Notes under the pieces: model-generated
What the model saw: only the letters and a program-made list of their open reading frames with translations
Told to the model about the DNA's origin: nothing
The model's database searches: none
Source: an uncultured bacterium
GTDB taxonomy: Bacteria; UBA8481
Direction of reading: 5' to 3'
NCBI GenBank assembly: GCA_964548165.1
Contig: CAZJQD010000008.1
Location: 1,979-65,978 of the forward strand
DNA: 64,000 bases
Translations under genes and position numbers: made by a program
Shown: one piece after another, positions 45,154 through 54,596 of the stretch
Position numbering within the stretch: position 1 is the stretch's first letter
Layout of the letters: each line of letters begins with the position of its first letter

Positions 45154-45249
45154 CGGCAGGGGAGGGTGCCTCGGCATCGTGAACCGCTTGCGACCGCGAC
45201 GGTCGTGGCGTCTTCAGGATACCGGGCAACGCAGAGAACGAGGCTGATC

Positions 45250-48120
45250 ATGCACGCATACCACATCCGGCTCATGAGGACGATCCTGGTTCTCTTTTTC
45301 ATGGGACTCACCGCGATCCTCCCGGCCCTGGCCCAATCCTCGGCGGGCGCGGGCAACATGGCGGCCCTGGCGCGCACCCATTATCAATTGGGCGTGCAGT
45401 ACGAGCGTGGCGGCCAGCCCGGCAAGGCGATCGACGAGTATCGCAGCGCATTCGAGGCCGACCCCACGCTCCTTGATGCCTATATCCAGTGCGGCAATCT
45501 CCTGGTGCGTAGCCAGCGGTTCACGGAGGCGGCCGAGGTGTACCGTCGCGCCGCGCAGGTGGATCGACGCCGCGCCGACCTCCAGCTCGTGCTGGGGGAC
45601 ATCTACCGCCAGCTCAACGACACGCGGGCCGCGCGCGACGCCTACTCCGCCGTTCTCGCCCTGGAGCCCCAGCACCCGAAGGCGACCCTGGAACTGGCGC
45701 GCCTGCAGATGAAGAGCGGCGCCTGGGCCGAGGCCGTTCGCGTCCTGGACGCGAACCGCGCCTTGTCCAACGATCCCGGAGCCCTGGCGGTTCGTGCCTA
45801 CTCCGAGCATCGCCTGGGGCGACTGGATATCGCCGCCCAGCTCTACGAGCGGCTTCTCGAAGCCAACCCGGAGAATGGCGATGCGCGCCTCAACCTGGGC
45901 ATCGTGGAGGCGGCCCGGGGCCGTACGGCCGAGGCCGTGGCGCAGTTCCAGCGCGCGACGCTCCTCGTCTCGGATAAGGCCCAGGCCTATCGCTACCTGG
46001 GCATGGCCCAGCTCGAAGCGGGCCGCGATCACGACGCGCTTGAGAGTCTCCGGCGCGCGGTCAGCGAGAACGGCTCCGATGTGGCCGCCCGCTACCGCCT
46101 GGCCCAGGTGCTCGTCAAGCTCTCCCGCCCGGTCGAGGCCGTTCAGCAGTTGGAGACCCTGCGTTCCTCCTCGGGAAACTTTCCCGAGCTGAGCGCGCTG
46201 CTGGGCCGGGCACTCCTGGCGGCGGGCCAAGTGCAGAGGGCGCGCGCCGAATTGGAGCGCGCTCATGCGGACAATCCCGGGGACACCGAGGTCACGCTGG
46301 CCCTGGCTGAGACCCTGCAGAAGGTTGGAGAGACGCGGCGGTCGCTGGAATTGTACGAGGCCGTGATCGCGCGCCGCAACGCACCGGCATTCGCCTACCG
46401 ATCCGTGGCCGACCTGCATGCCTCGCTCGGTGACGCCGTGCGCGCTCTCGAGTATGAGCGTGCGTACCAGGACCGGCGCCAGCGCGAGGACATCACGGAG
46501 GCGGTCAGCACCGAGCGTCGCTCCTGGCAGATGCGTCTCGACGAGACGCGGAGCAACCTGGAGCGCCAGCTGGCGGAGACGCGTCGCAGTGCCGACGAGC
46601 GCGTGCGCGCCGCCGAGGCGCGGGCCCAGGAGGCCTCGGTCGCGGCCCGCACCCAGGCGCGGGCCTGGGACACGGCGGCGGAGTGGGCTCGGCTCCAGCG
46701 CCAGGTCGATGAGCGCGTGGCGGAGATTCGCCGCGAGATCGAGACCCAGTACGGGGCGCGACCGAACGGCACGCCGGCGGGCACGAGCGCGCCCGTTCCG
46801 GTCGGCACGGGAGTGCCTCAGTCCCTGGCCGATGCGCGCCGGGCCGTGGACCTGGCCGAGCAGAGGGCGATGGCGGCGGAGAACGAGCTGCGCCGCCTTC
46901 GCGAGGGGCGACTGGACACCAGCGCCCAGGCGGAGATCTGGGCGGCGCGCGCCGCTTCCGAGCAGGCGCGGCAGAAGATCCTCGAGCTCTCGGCCGCGAT
47001 CGAGCGTGAGCGCGCGACGAGGGAAGAAGCGCAGGCGGGGGCCGAGCGCGTCCGCGCCGAGGCGACACGCGAAGTGCTCTCGATGCGCGCCCTCGTGGAG
47101 GGCGTGGATGCCGAGGTATGGCGTGGCCTGGGTGAGATTCGCGCGGACACCACGAATCTCCAGAACGAGGATCCGCTGGCGCGCCTGAAGTTCTATGTCC
47201 AGAACGTCCGGCTCTCGGCCGACGCCCGGGTCTCGCGGGCCCAGCTTGCGGCCGAGCAGAGGCTCAACGAGGCCAGGACGCGCGCGGAGTCGCAGGTGGA
47301 GCGCATTCTCCGCGACGCCCAGGGCCAGGTTGATCGAGCCCGCGTCCAGGCCGCCGAGGAGGTTCGGCGCAGTCAGCAGGCCGCGGATTCGCAGGTTGCG
47401 CAGAGGGTGTCGCAGGAGCGGGAGCGCCTCGCCTCGGAGGCCCTGGCCCGGCGGATGGCCCAGGCCGAGCAGTTGCGGGCAAGCATCGAGGCGGATGCCC
47501 AGGTGCGGTTCCTCGAGGAGAAGGCCCAGATCGAGGCCACGTACGAGGCCGATCGCATCCGCATGCAACGGGAATACGACCAACAGCTCGAGCGCTTCCA
47601 GTCCGAGTACCAGCGTCGCCTCGAGGCGGCTCAGGCCGAGTCGCGGCGCGCGAGCGAGCAGGTCGAGGCGCTGACCCGGAACGACACGGGCCTGTTGATG
47701 CGCTCCGAGGTCTACCAGAGGCTCGTTCGCGAGAATGCGATGGTCCGCGAGGATCTCGCCGGCGCTCGGCGAAGGCTCGAAGAGATGGGCCGCGACAAGG
47801 AAGACCTGGTTCGCGAAGCGGACGGGCTCCGGCGCGAGTTCGCCAACGTCCAGGCGCGGTTGGCGGCCCTGGAGCAGGAGTCGCGGCGCTTCTCGGGGAT
47901 CGAGGTCCTGGCCGAGCCCCTGCGCGCCGGCGTCGACCTCAATGCCGCCACGCTCGCGGAGCTCCAGGCGCTTCCCGGGGTCGGCATCCAGGAGGCGCGC
48001 AACATCGTCTGGTATCGTGAGAATGTCGGGCCGTTCCGCTCGACCGAGGAGCTCGTCAAGGTGCCGGGCTTCGAGGCCGCCAAGGCCCAGGCCATCCGCG
48101 CCCTCGTACGCGTCCGCTGA
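45250..48120 (+). CDS. secreted TPR + long coiled-coil protein ending in a ComEA-type helix-hairpin-helix DNA-binding domain (paralog 1)
   Basis: Signal peptide MHAYHIRLMRTILVLFFMGLTAILPALAQS. TPR block. About 500 aa Arg/Glu/Ala-rich coiled coil. C-terminal …VDLNAATLAELQALPGVGIQEARNIVWYRENVGPFRSTEELVKVPGFEAAKAQAIRALV, collinear with the ComEA HhH consensus (LNTA…EL..LPGIG…A.AI..YRE.NG.F.S.EDL.KV.GIG.K). Confidence 0.6.
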   Translation: MHAYHIRLMRTILVLFFMGLTAILPALAQSSAGAGNMAALARTHYQLGVQYERGGQPGKAIDEYRSAFEADPTLLDAYIQCGNLLVRSQRFTEAAEVYRRAAQVDRRRADLQLVLGDIYRQLNDTRAARDAYSAVLALEPQHPKATLELARLQMKSGAWAEAVRVLDANRALSNDPGALAVRAYSEHRLGRLDIAAQLYERLLEANPENGDARLNLGIVEAARGRTAEAVAQFQRATLLVSDKAQAYRYLGMAQLEAGRDHDALESLRRAVSENGSDVAARYRLAQVLVKLSRPVEAVQQLETLRSSSGNFPELSALLGRALLAAGQVQRARAELERAHADNPGDTEVTLALAETLQKVGETRRSLELYEAVIARRNAPAFAYRSVADLHASLGDAVRALEYERAYQDRRQREDITEAVSTERRSWQMRLDETRSNLERQLAETRRSADERVRAAEARAQEASVAARTQARAWDTAAEWARLQRQVDERVAEIRREIETQYGARPNGTPAGTSAPVPVGTGVPQSLADARRAVDLAEQRAMAAENELRRLREGRLDTSAQAEIWAARAASEQARQKILELSAAIERERATREEAQAGAERVRAEATREVLSMRALVEGVDAEVWRGLGEIRADTTNLQNEDPLARLKFYVQNVRLSADARVSRAQLAAEQRLNEARTRAESQVERILRDAQGQVDRARVQAAEEVRRSQQAADSQVAQRVSQERERLASEALARRMAQAEQLRASIEADAQVRFLEEKAQIEATYEADRIRMQREYDQQLERFQSEYQRRLEAAQAESRRASEQVEALTRNDTGLLMRSEVYQRLVRENAMVREDLAGARRRLEEMGRDKEDLVREADGLRREFANVQARLAALEQESRRFSGIEVLAEPLRAGVDLNAATLAELQALPGVGIQEARNIVWYRENVGPFRSTEELVKVPGFEAAKAQAIRALVRVR

Positions 48121-48121
48121 A

Positions 48122-48150
48122 CCTCAGCCGACGGACTGAGGATTTCGGGA
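48122..48150 (+). terminator. weak hairpin (cctcag-N8-ctgagg) plus atttc, immediately after the stop of the first ComEA-like gene; possible attenuator or terminator
   Basis: 6-bp stem at 48122-48127 / 48136-48141. Short, interrupted U-tract. Low confidence. Confidence 0.2.
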
Positions 48151-48187
48151 GTCTGCCGCCGACTTTTGCTATGATGCCGGGCAGGTC

Positions 48188-49747
48188 ATGAAGAGCTTCG
48201 CCTTGCCATCGGTAGTCCTCGTCCTCGCGCTCACCTCGCTTGCGGTTCCCGCCGTGGCGCAGGCGGCCGTCTCCCCCCGTGACACGACGCTGGCCGAGAT
48301 GGCCGCGGGTCTTCGAGCCAGCGACGAGGCGGTTCGCCGCATCGTCGAGCGCGCGATGGCGGCCGTGGAGCTCGCCGAGGCGCGCGCCAACCGCGAGGTG
48401 GCCCTCGCCCAGATTCGGATTGCCGATCTCGAGCGCGCCGTGGCGGCCCAGGGCGCGGAGATCGAGGCCTGGAAGCAGTCCGAGGCCGAGCTGGGGATCG
48501 CGTTGAATGCATCGCTGGCCGAGGCGGATCGCCATGCGCGGGAGGCCAGCGCCGCGGTTATGGAGCGCGATGATGCCCGGGCGCAACTGGCCGCCGCGCG
48601 CCTGGAATTGGCGGCGCTTGCCGAGTGGCGGGACACGGCGACGCGGGCCACGGCCCAGGCGCGTCGCGCGCTCGCGGAACGCGAGGAGCTGGCCGAGCGC
48701 CTCTCGGCCATGCATGCCCAGTTCGGTCTCAGTGAGCAAGCCGTGACGGAGGCGCGGGCGCGGGCGGAGGCCCTGGTCGCGCTCTACGGGGATACGCTGG
48801 CGGCCCTGGGCCGCGAGAACGAGACGCTGCGGGCCAGCATCGGCCAATTCCAGGATCGCATCCAGGCCTACCAGCACCGATCCGGCGTGATGGAGGAATC
48901 CTTGCGACAAGAGGCAGCCCGCGCCGCGTCCTGGGAGACCGCGATCGTCGAGATGCGGGCTCGGGTGGCGGAACATGACCGCGTCCTGGCGGAGGAACGA
49001 TCGGCCAGGGCTTCGGAGCGGCGCCAACTGGCGGACAGCCTGGCCTGGGAACGCGGGCGGGCAGCCGATCTCGGTCGGGCCCTGGACGCGGAGCGGGCGA
49101 GGCTAGGCGACCTCGAGGCGCGGCACGCCGCGTTGACGGAATCCGAGCGGGCGGCGCGCGCGGCCCTGGCGGCGGGCGCGGGATTGACCGAGACCGTCAA
49201 CGCCGTCATGGCCGAGCGTGATGCGCTGAGGATCGAACTCCAGAGCACGGTGCAGGTCCTGAACGATGCGGCGACCGCGCTGGCATCGGCGCGCGCCGAG
49301 CGGGACGAGGCCCGGCGCGGCATCGCTCCCGTAATGCCCTCGGAGGCGTCGCAGGTCGCATTGCTCGAGGCTCGACTGGCGGCCCGTGACCGCGAGATCG
49401 CGGCGCTTCGCCAGGCCCTGCTGGCCGTCTCCTCGCCACTGTCCCCTGGCGCTGTCGTCACCGTGCCGGTCGAGACCGCGCCGCCCGTGGCCGCCACGCC
49501 GGTCGTGATCCCGCCGGCTCCGGTCGTCCCGCCTGAAGTCCCGGCCTATGATTTTGACCCGATGCGCGGAAGTTATGACGACCTGGCCTCCATTCCCGCC
49601 GTGGGACCGACGCGGGCGCGGGCCATCGTCTGGTATCGCGAGAACGTGGGGCCGATTCGCGGCGAGAACGATCTCAAGTCCGTCCCTGGTTTCAACGATG
49701 ATCGGATCAGGCTGTTGCGCCCCTTCTGGCGCTCGAAGGAGAACTGA
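48188..49747 (+). CDS. secreted coiled-coil protein ending in a ComEA-type HhH domain (paralog 2)
   Basis: Signal peptide MKSFALPSVVLVLALTSLAVPAVAQA. About 400 aa coiled coil, Pro-rich linker. C-terminal …YDDLASIPAVGPTRARAIVWYRENVGPIRGENDLKSVPGFNDDRIRLL shares the signature AIVWYRENVGP(F/I)R…(K/S)VPGF with paralog 1. Confidence 0.6.
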   Translation: MKSFALPSVVLVLALTSLAVPAVAQAAVSPRDTTLAEMAAGLRASDEAVRRIVERAMAAVELAEARANREVALAQIRIADLERAVAAQGAEIEAWKQSEAELGIALNASLAEADRHAREASAAVMERDDARAQLAAARLELAALAEWRDTATRATAQARRALAEREELAERLSAMHAQFGLSEQAVTEARARAEALVALYGDTLAALGRENETLRASIGQFQDRIQAYQHRSGVMEESLRQEAARAASWETAIVEMRARVAEHDRVLAEERSARASERRQLADSLAWERGRAADLGRALDAERARLGDLEARHAALTESERAARAALAAGAGLTETVNAVMAERDALRIELQSTVQVLNDAATALASARAERDEARRGIAPVMPSEASQVALLEARLAARDREIAALRQALLAVSSPLSPGAVVTVPVETAPPVAATPVVIPPAPVVPPEVPAYDFDPMRGSYDDLASIPAVGPTRARAIVWYRENVGPIRGENDLKSVPGFNDDRIRLLRPFWRSKEN

Positions 49748-49750
49748 ACG

Positions 49751-50200
49751 ATGACCAACCTGCGAAGCGTGGTGACCCTGGGTATCCTGGCGGCGGTCCT
49801 GGCGTCTGCGGCCTGCACGGCGCCACAGACCCAGGCCGACCCGGCTTCGTCCGGCGGCGATATCAACTATCTTCAGCCCCTGCAGACCTCGCCCGAACTG
49901 CGCATCCGCGACCTGCCTGTCCCCGCCGGATTCACGTACAAGGCCGATCGCTCGGTCATCCTGGAGTATGGACCGACGCTGGCGGCGACTCTTCTGTACG
50001 AGGGAAGCTCCTCGATCGGCGATGTCATCGCGTTCTATCGGCGCGAGATGGAGAAGTTCGAGTGGACGACGAAGGCCGTCTTCGAGCGTGAGGAGGTCAA
50101 GATGATCTTCACGAAGGAAGGCCGCTACTGCGCGGTGACGTTGCGCGGGTCTTCCGGCCTGGGCCGGCGCACCACCATCACCATCGATTACGTCCCCTGA
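49751..50200 (+). CDS. lipoprotein, hypothetical
   Basis: MTNLRSVVTLGILAAVLASAAC: canonical lipobox L-A-S-A-A-C. 149 aa. Confidence 0.5.
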   Translation: MTNLRSVVTLGILAAVLASAACTAPQTQADPASSGGDINYLQPLQTSPELRIRDLPVPAGFTYKADRSVILEYGPTLAATLLYEGSSSIGDVIAFYRREMEKFEWTTKAVFEREEVKMIFTKEGRYCAVTLRGSSGLGRRTTITIDYVP

Positions 50201-50213
50201 TCCCGTTCCATCC

Positions 50214-51506
50214 GTGACGGGGACCCGCTCGTTGTTTTTCCAGGGAGTTCTCATCGCGGCACTGCACCTGGTCGCGACCGGAACGGTAGCCGCCGAGCCG
50301 ATGCCCAGCGATGCCTGGTTTGCCGCCGTCGGACGCGGCGATATCGCAACAGTGAGAGCGATGGTTTCCGCCGGCGCGACGGTCGATGTTCCCAGCCGCG
50401 TCCTGGGTCGCACGGCACTCATCCTGGCGGCCAGTTTCGGACACGGGGAACTCTGCCAGGTCCTTCTCGATGCGGGAGCATCGGTCGAGGCTCGAGAGTC
50501 GCGGACGGGGCGTACGGCTCTCCATTACGCGGCGCGTTCCGGGTTCCGGGACATCGTGGATCTGCTCCGGCAACGAGGCGCCAATCCGAAGCGCCGCGAT
50601 GAGCTATCCGGTCTCGACGCCGCCGGATTCGCATTAATGGGCGGTCATGATGCGCTGGCCCGCGAGCTGGCCGGGACGGTGCACGTCCCGCCGCCGACGG
50701 CGGGATTCGCTTCGCCACCATCTCCTCCGGTGGTCCATCGGCCGGAAGGGCGCGGTGAGCCGGAGGCCGCGGTCGCGCGCCCGGACTCCGTCGCCGCCAC
50801 GCGGCACGTGTCGGCACCGCGTTCCGATTCCCCCCTGCGCTCGGATGACGACGGCGAGACCCTGCCGCTTGCGTGGTTGTGGGACACGGCCCCGGCGGGA
50901 GGCGCGCAGGGACTCCTTGATGCGGCCGTATTCGAGGGAGTTCGCGCCTATAGCGTCGCCGCCGTCGACTCCGCGTTGGCCGCCGGAGGGCGCGTCGATG
51001 GTCGGGACTGGGACGGCTTCACGCCCCTCTTCCTCGCCGTGCTCCGCAACGACTCGAACATGGTGCGGGCACTCCTGGAGCGGGGCGCCGTGGCGGAGAC
51101 CCGCGATCGCGTCGGCTGGACACCGCTCCTGCATGCCGCGTGGAAAGGGTATGCGAGCATCGTGCGCATCCTCGTCAACCACGGCGCCCTCGTCGAGGCG
51201 CGCGGCGTGGATTCGTCGACAGCCCTGCACCTGGCGGCGGAGCGCAATCACTACCAGGCGATCGAGACGCTCATCGATTTGGGATCGCGCGTGAACCTGA
51301 GGACCCGGGACAACCGCTATGTCGGCTGGACACCGCTCATGATCGCCGCCGCCCGCGGTAACGATGTCTCGGTCGGCTACCTGCTGCGGGCTGGCGCAAA
51401 GCCGAACCTTCGCGGGCAGAACGGGTGGACGGCCCTTAAGGCGGCCTTCATGAATTATCGCACCATGGCGGCCGAGATCCTCAGGATGCACGGCGCGGAG
51501 ATGTAG
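50214..51506 (+). CDS. secreted ankyrin-repeat protein
   Basis: Signal peptide. At least six ankyrin repeats (…GRTALILAASFGHGELCQVLLDAGASV…, …GWTPLLHAAWKGYASIVRILVNHGALV…, …GWTPLMIAAARGNDVSVGYLLRAGAKPN…). Confidence 0.75.
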   Translation: MTGTRSLFFQGVLIAALHLVATGTVAAEPMPSDAWFAAVGRGDIATVRAMVSAGATVDVPSRVLGRTALILAASFGHGELCQVLLDAGASVEARESRTGRTALHYAARSGFRDIVDLLRQRGANPKRRDELSGLDAAGFALMGGHDALARELAGTVHVPPPTAGFASPPSPPVVHRPEGRGEPEAAVARPDSVAATRHVSAPRSDSPLRSDDDGETLPLAWLWDTAPAGGAQGLLDAAVFEGVRAYSVAAVDSALAAGGRVDGRDWDGFTPLFLAVLRNDSNMVRALLERGAVAETRDRVGWTPLLHAAWKGYASIVRILVNHGALVEARGVDSSTALHLAAERNHYQAIETLIDLGSRVNLRTRDNRYVGWTPLMIAAARGNDVSVGYLLRAGAKPNLRGQNGWTALKAAFMNYRTMAAEILRMHGAEM

Positions 51507-51721
51507 GCCCGGCACCAAGATCGGGGGTACGGGCTCCCGGTGATCGTGGATCGGCCCCTGTCGTCTTCAACCCGCCGCTCTTCTACCCGGCATGCCTGCT
51601 GGGCCACCTCAATTTCACTCACGCGGTCATCGGAGTGATGGCCGTGGTACCGCTCTTTCTCGCCGCGCGCCACTGGCTCGGCAATCGCGTGGGCGCGGCG
51701 TCCGTCGCGTCCCACAGGCGA

Positions 51722-52750
51722 TCATCCTGGCATGCGCGCCATGAGCTTCCATGGCCGCATCCAGACGAAGGCGGGAAACCCTTCGATGGCCCAGCTGAAG
51801 GGGAGGGGATCGTCATTGAAGACATCAAGCCGCGGCCAGGCCCATGGCGCGTGATCGGCGCGCGCCACTCCGGGCGTGGCCATCAGGCACGAACAGTATC
51901 CCAGCCGCGCGAGTTCGGGTCCGACCACGGGAGACGTGTCCCGGGCCTGTCCATAGGGATACGAAAAGAAGGCCGGTGGTCTGCCCGTCAGGGCTTCAAT
52001 TCGCTCGTGAGCGCCGCGGATCTCGGCCAGCGCGTCGGAGGGTGATAGGGAACCGAAGGAGGAATGCGTCGTTCCGTGACTGCCGATGACATGCCCCGCG
52101 CGGTGCAGGGAAACAACCTCGTTCTCGTCCAGGTAGAGTCGACTTTCACCTGGCGAAGGGGGACACAGGCCGGTCTCCCGGAGAATTCGCTCCAGCAGGC
52201 TTTCCCGTTCTTCGCCGTACACCGTGCCGCGCAGGGAGGTTTCCAGGGCCTTCGCCGACTCCCAGCGACCATCCGTGGCCTGTCGAACCACCCTGTCCGC
52301 TGCGGGACCGACGCGACGGCGCCACCAGAACCAGCGATGCAACCAGAGATAGCGCCGGTTGCCGACGCCGTCGGTGGCGAGAAAGAAGGCGGCCGGGATC
52401 CCGTGGCGTTCCAGTATGGGGGCGGCGATCCGCGCGTTATCACCGAAGCCGTCGTCGAACGTGATCGTGACGATGCGGTCCTCGCCGCGTGTAGACGCCG
52501 CGATGAACTCGTTCAAGCCGAGAACGCGATAGTGCTTGAGCAACCACAGGAGTTGCTCCTCGAAATGACCGGGTGTCACGTAGAGGCCGAGCGCATCCGG
52601 GATGAAATCATCATTTTGATCCCGGATCCGGTGATAGAGCAGGATCCGTCCGATCCCCTTGCGCCGGCGCAACCGTTCGAGGCCACCCAGGCCCGACGCC
52701 ACTTTCATGCCTGTTCGCGCGCAGGCGTGGGCCACGGAGCGGAGGCTCAT
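51722..52750 (-). CDS. polysaccharide deacetylase-family (NodB/CE4; ArnD-like) protein
   Basis: NodB motif IVTITFDDGFGDN. Start refined to MSLRSV, which overlaps the formyltransferase stop (ATGA). 342 aa. Confidence 0.75.
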   Translation of the reverse strand: MSLRSVAHACARTGMKVASGLGGLERLRRRKGIGRILLYHRIRDQNDDFIPDALGLYVTPGHFEEQLLWLLKHYRVLGLNEFIAASTRGEDRIVTITFDDGFGDNARIAAPILERHGIPAAFFLATDGVGNRRYLWLHRWFWWRRRVGPAADRVVRQATDGRWESAKALETSLRGTVYGEERESLLERILRETGLCPPSPGESRLYLDENEVVSLHRAGHVIGSHGTTHSSFGSLSPSDALAEIRGAHERIEALTGRPPAFFSYPYGQARDTSPVVGPELARLGYCSCLMATPGVARADHAPWAWPRLDVFNDDPLPFSWAIEGFPAFVWMRPWKLMARMPG

Positions 52751-53571
52751 CGATGGTCCGGCGGCTCGGGGACGAGGATGCCTCGGCGAAGATCCCGGAG
52801 ACATCGCGCGCGGTAGCCGGGGGCCGGAGCCCGGTAGACCTTCCCCCCGGGCCTGGTCGCTTGAGGCGAGGCGGTCCGATCGACGATCGAGCGCACCAGG
52901 CTCGGAAGCCGTTCCACCGCGCGCCGAAGGCAATCATCGTAGCAATCCTCCGGATCCCGGTATCCTCCCTGGTGAATGATCTGCTCGTGGTGGATCGGGC
53001 CGCGATCGAGCTCAGGGGAAATCTCGTGGAACGTGAAGCCGACGGGCCCGCCAGTGACCAGCGCCCAGAAGATCGTCTCGGTTCCGCGATAATGGGGGAG
53101 TATCCCCGTGTGGTAGTTCAGGATGGTCCCGGAAACGAGTCGCAAGGTCTCTGCCGAGAGAATCCGGGTTCCGGCGACGAGCACGTGGTCCAGTTTTTGA
53201 GCCTCGAGGACGACCGCGGCTTCCGGGGAGTTGAGATCCGAGACGATGGTCACGGGCACGCCGAACCGACGCGCCACGTCCGCGACCGGGGTTGCCTGCC
53301 GGCGGCGGCGGTGGAGCCAGCGGGCCGGCCATAGCAGGGCCCGTGGGACCAGGGAAAGCCCCTCGGATTTCAGGCGGGCGCGCCAATGTCTTGCCGTGGC
53401 GCGAGGACCGCTTCCCGCGTCGATCGTGACGATCAAGTCATAGCCTTCCGGGGCGAGAGCGGTGACGAACGCGGCGCCGGAGAAGGAATGGGGAACGGTC
53501 CAGATGCCGATCCGCGCCGGGCTCGAATGGGCGGACAAGTCCATGCCGGATGAACGATCAGGTCTCTCCAT
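52747..53571 (-). CDS. formyltransferase (Fmt/ArnA-N-terminal-type sugar N-formyltransferase family)
   Basis: Formyl_trans_N catalytic segment ILNYHTGILPHYRGTETIFWALVTG and FTFHEISPELDRGPI. Confidence 0.7.
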   Translation of the reverse strand: MERPDRSSGMDLSAHSSPARIGIWTVPHSFSGAAFVTALAPEGYDLIVTIDAGSGPRATARHWRARLKSEGLSLVPRALLWPARWLHRRRRQATPVADVARRFGVPVTIVSDLNSPEAAVVLEAQKLDHVLVAGTRILSAETLRLVSGTILNYHTGILPHYRGTETIFWALVTGGPVGFTFHEISPELDRGPIHHEQIIHQGGYRDPEDCYDDCLRRAVERLPSLVRSIVDRTASPQATRPGGKVYRAPAPGYRARCLRDLRRGILVPEPPDHR

Positions 53572-53630
53572 CCAGGTGGTCCTTTCGAGGAGTTTCGAAC
53601 GAGATCCGGCAGGGGACCGTAACCGAGGAT

Positions 53631-53652
53631 GCTACGCCCGGACGAGCGTAGC
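53631..53652. other. 7-bp perfect palindromic hairpin (gctacgc-N8-gcgtagc) in the spacer between the methyltransferase and formyltransferase genes of the minus-strand operon
   Basis: Read directly. Possible intra-operon processing or attenuation site. Confidence 0.3.
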
Positions 53653-53720
53653 GAACGGCGGAGGGCGGAGTCAAGCGCGTGCCCCCCGCGGCATTGTCGG
53701 CGGCATCTTCTCCCGCGGGA

Positions 53721-54596
53721 TCATGATGGACGACTGAGCCTCGCTTCCAGCGTGGCCGGTTCGGCGCGGTAGAGTCCTGAGAGGACCAGGGCCAGCGGGA
53801 GAAGAAACGGGATCAGCAGCAGGGACACGAGGCCCCATGCGCGCGCACGGGGGTCGCCCTTCAAGGTGCGATAGAACGCATTGGGCTCCGGGAGGATGAG
53901 GTTGAGCATGGTCTGCAGCCAGCCGGCAGGATCGTATTCCCGGCGTGTTCCCGATTCATCCACCAGGCTGAGCTCGCAGGCTGCGGCGAACGCGCGGAGC
54001 GTCGCGCGCGTCAGGTGCGTGCGGTGGCGGGGAGGATCGAGGTGGAACCAGGCCGCGCGTCCCCACTGCGATTGCGTGGAGTTGAAATTGGGCACGGCCA
54101 GGAAGAGCGTTCCTCCCGGAGCGAGCAGCGCCGCGAGGCGCTTCAAGCGCGGCAGTGGATCGTCGAAGTGCTCGAAGGAGTGCCAGAGCGTGATGAGCTT
54201 GGGGCGGAACGCGGACCGCTCGACGTCCTCCACGGTTCGAAACTCGGCGTGGGGAGCGAAGGGATCAAGGCCCCGCGCATCCCAGCCGAGCGCGCGCGCC
54301 GCGCGGACGAAGTCGCCCTCGCCGGATCCGCAATCGAGCAGTGGTCCCGGGCGAGCGCCCGCCAGGATGCGCCTCCGGGAGGCGCCGACGCCGGGCAGGA
54401 GTTTCTTGAACCATCCGATGGAGAAGTAGGGGAGAGGGTAGGAAGCGCCCGAACCGATGGTGCGCACGAGACCGCAGGGCTCGCAGCGGACGATCCGGTA
54501 CGTGTCCTGCGGTGCCGACGGATCCCTGGCCTCAAACAGCGCCTGGAAGGCCGGCGATCCGCAGAGCGGGCAGACCTCAGAGCCTGAAGAGGACAT
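53721..54596 (-). CDS. class I SAM-dependent methyltransferase with N-terminal Cys4 zinc ribbon
   Basis: CPLCGS…CEPCG ribbon. SAM motif I LLDCGSGEGDF. Post-I acidic residue. Hydrophobic C-terminal tail. 20-nt overlap with the downstream (5') GT2 gene. Confidence 0.7.
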   Translation of the reverse strand: MSSSGSEVCPLCGSPAFQALFEARDPSAPQDTYRIVRCEPCGLVRTIGSGASYPLPYFSIGWFKKLLPGVGASRRRILAGARPGPLLDCGSGEGDFVRAARALGWDARGLDPFAPHAEFRTVEDVERSAFRPKLITLWHSFEHFDDPLPRLKRLAALLAPGGTLFLAVPNFNSTQSQWGRAAWFHLDPPRHRTHLTRATLRAFAAACELSLVDESGTRREYDPAGWLQTMLNLILPEPNAFYRTLKGDPRARAWGLVSLLLIPFLLPLALVLSGLYRAEPATLEARLSRPS

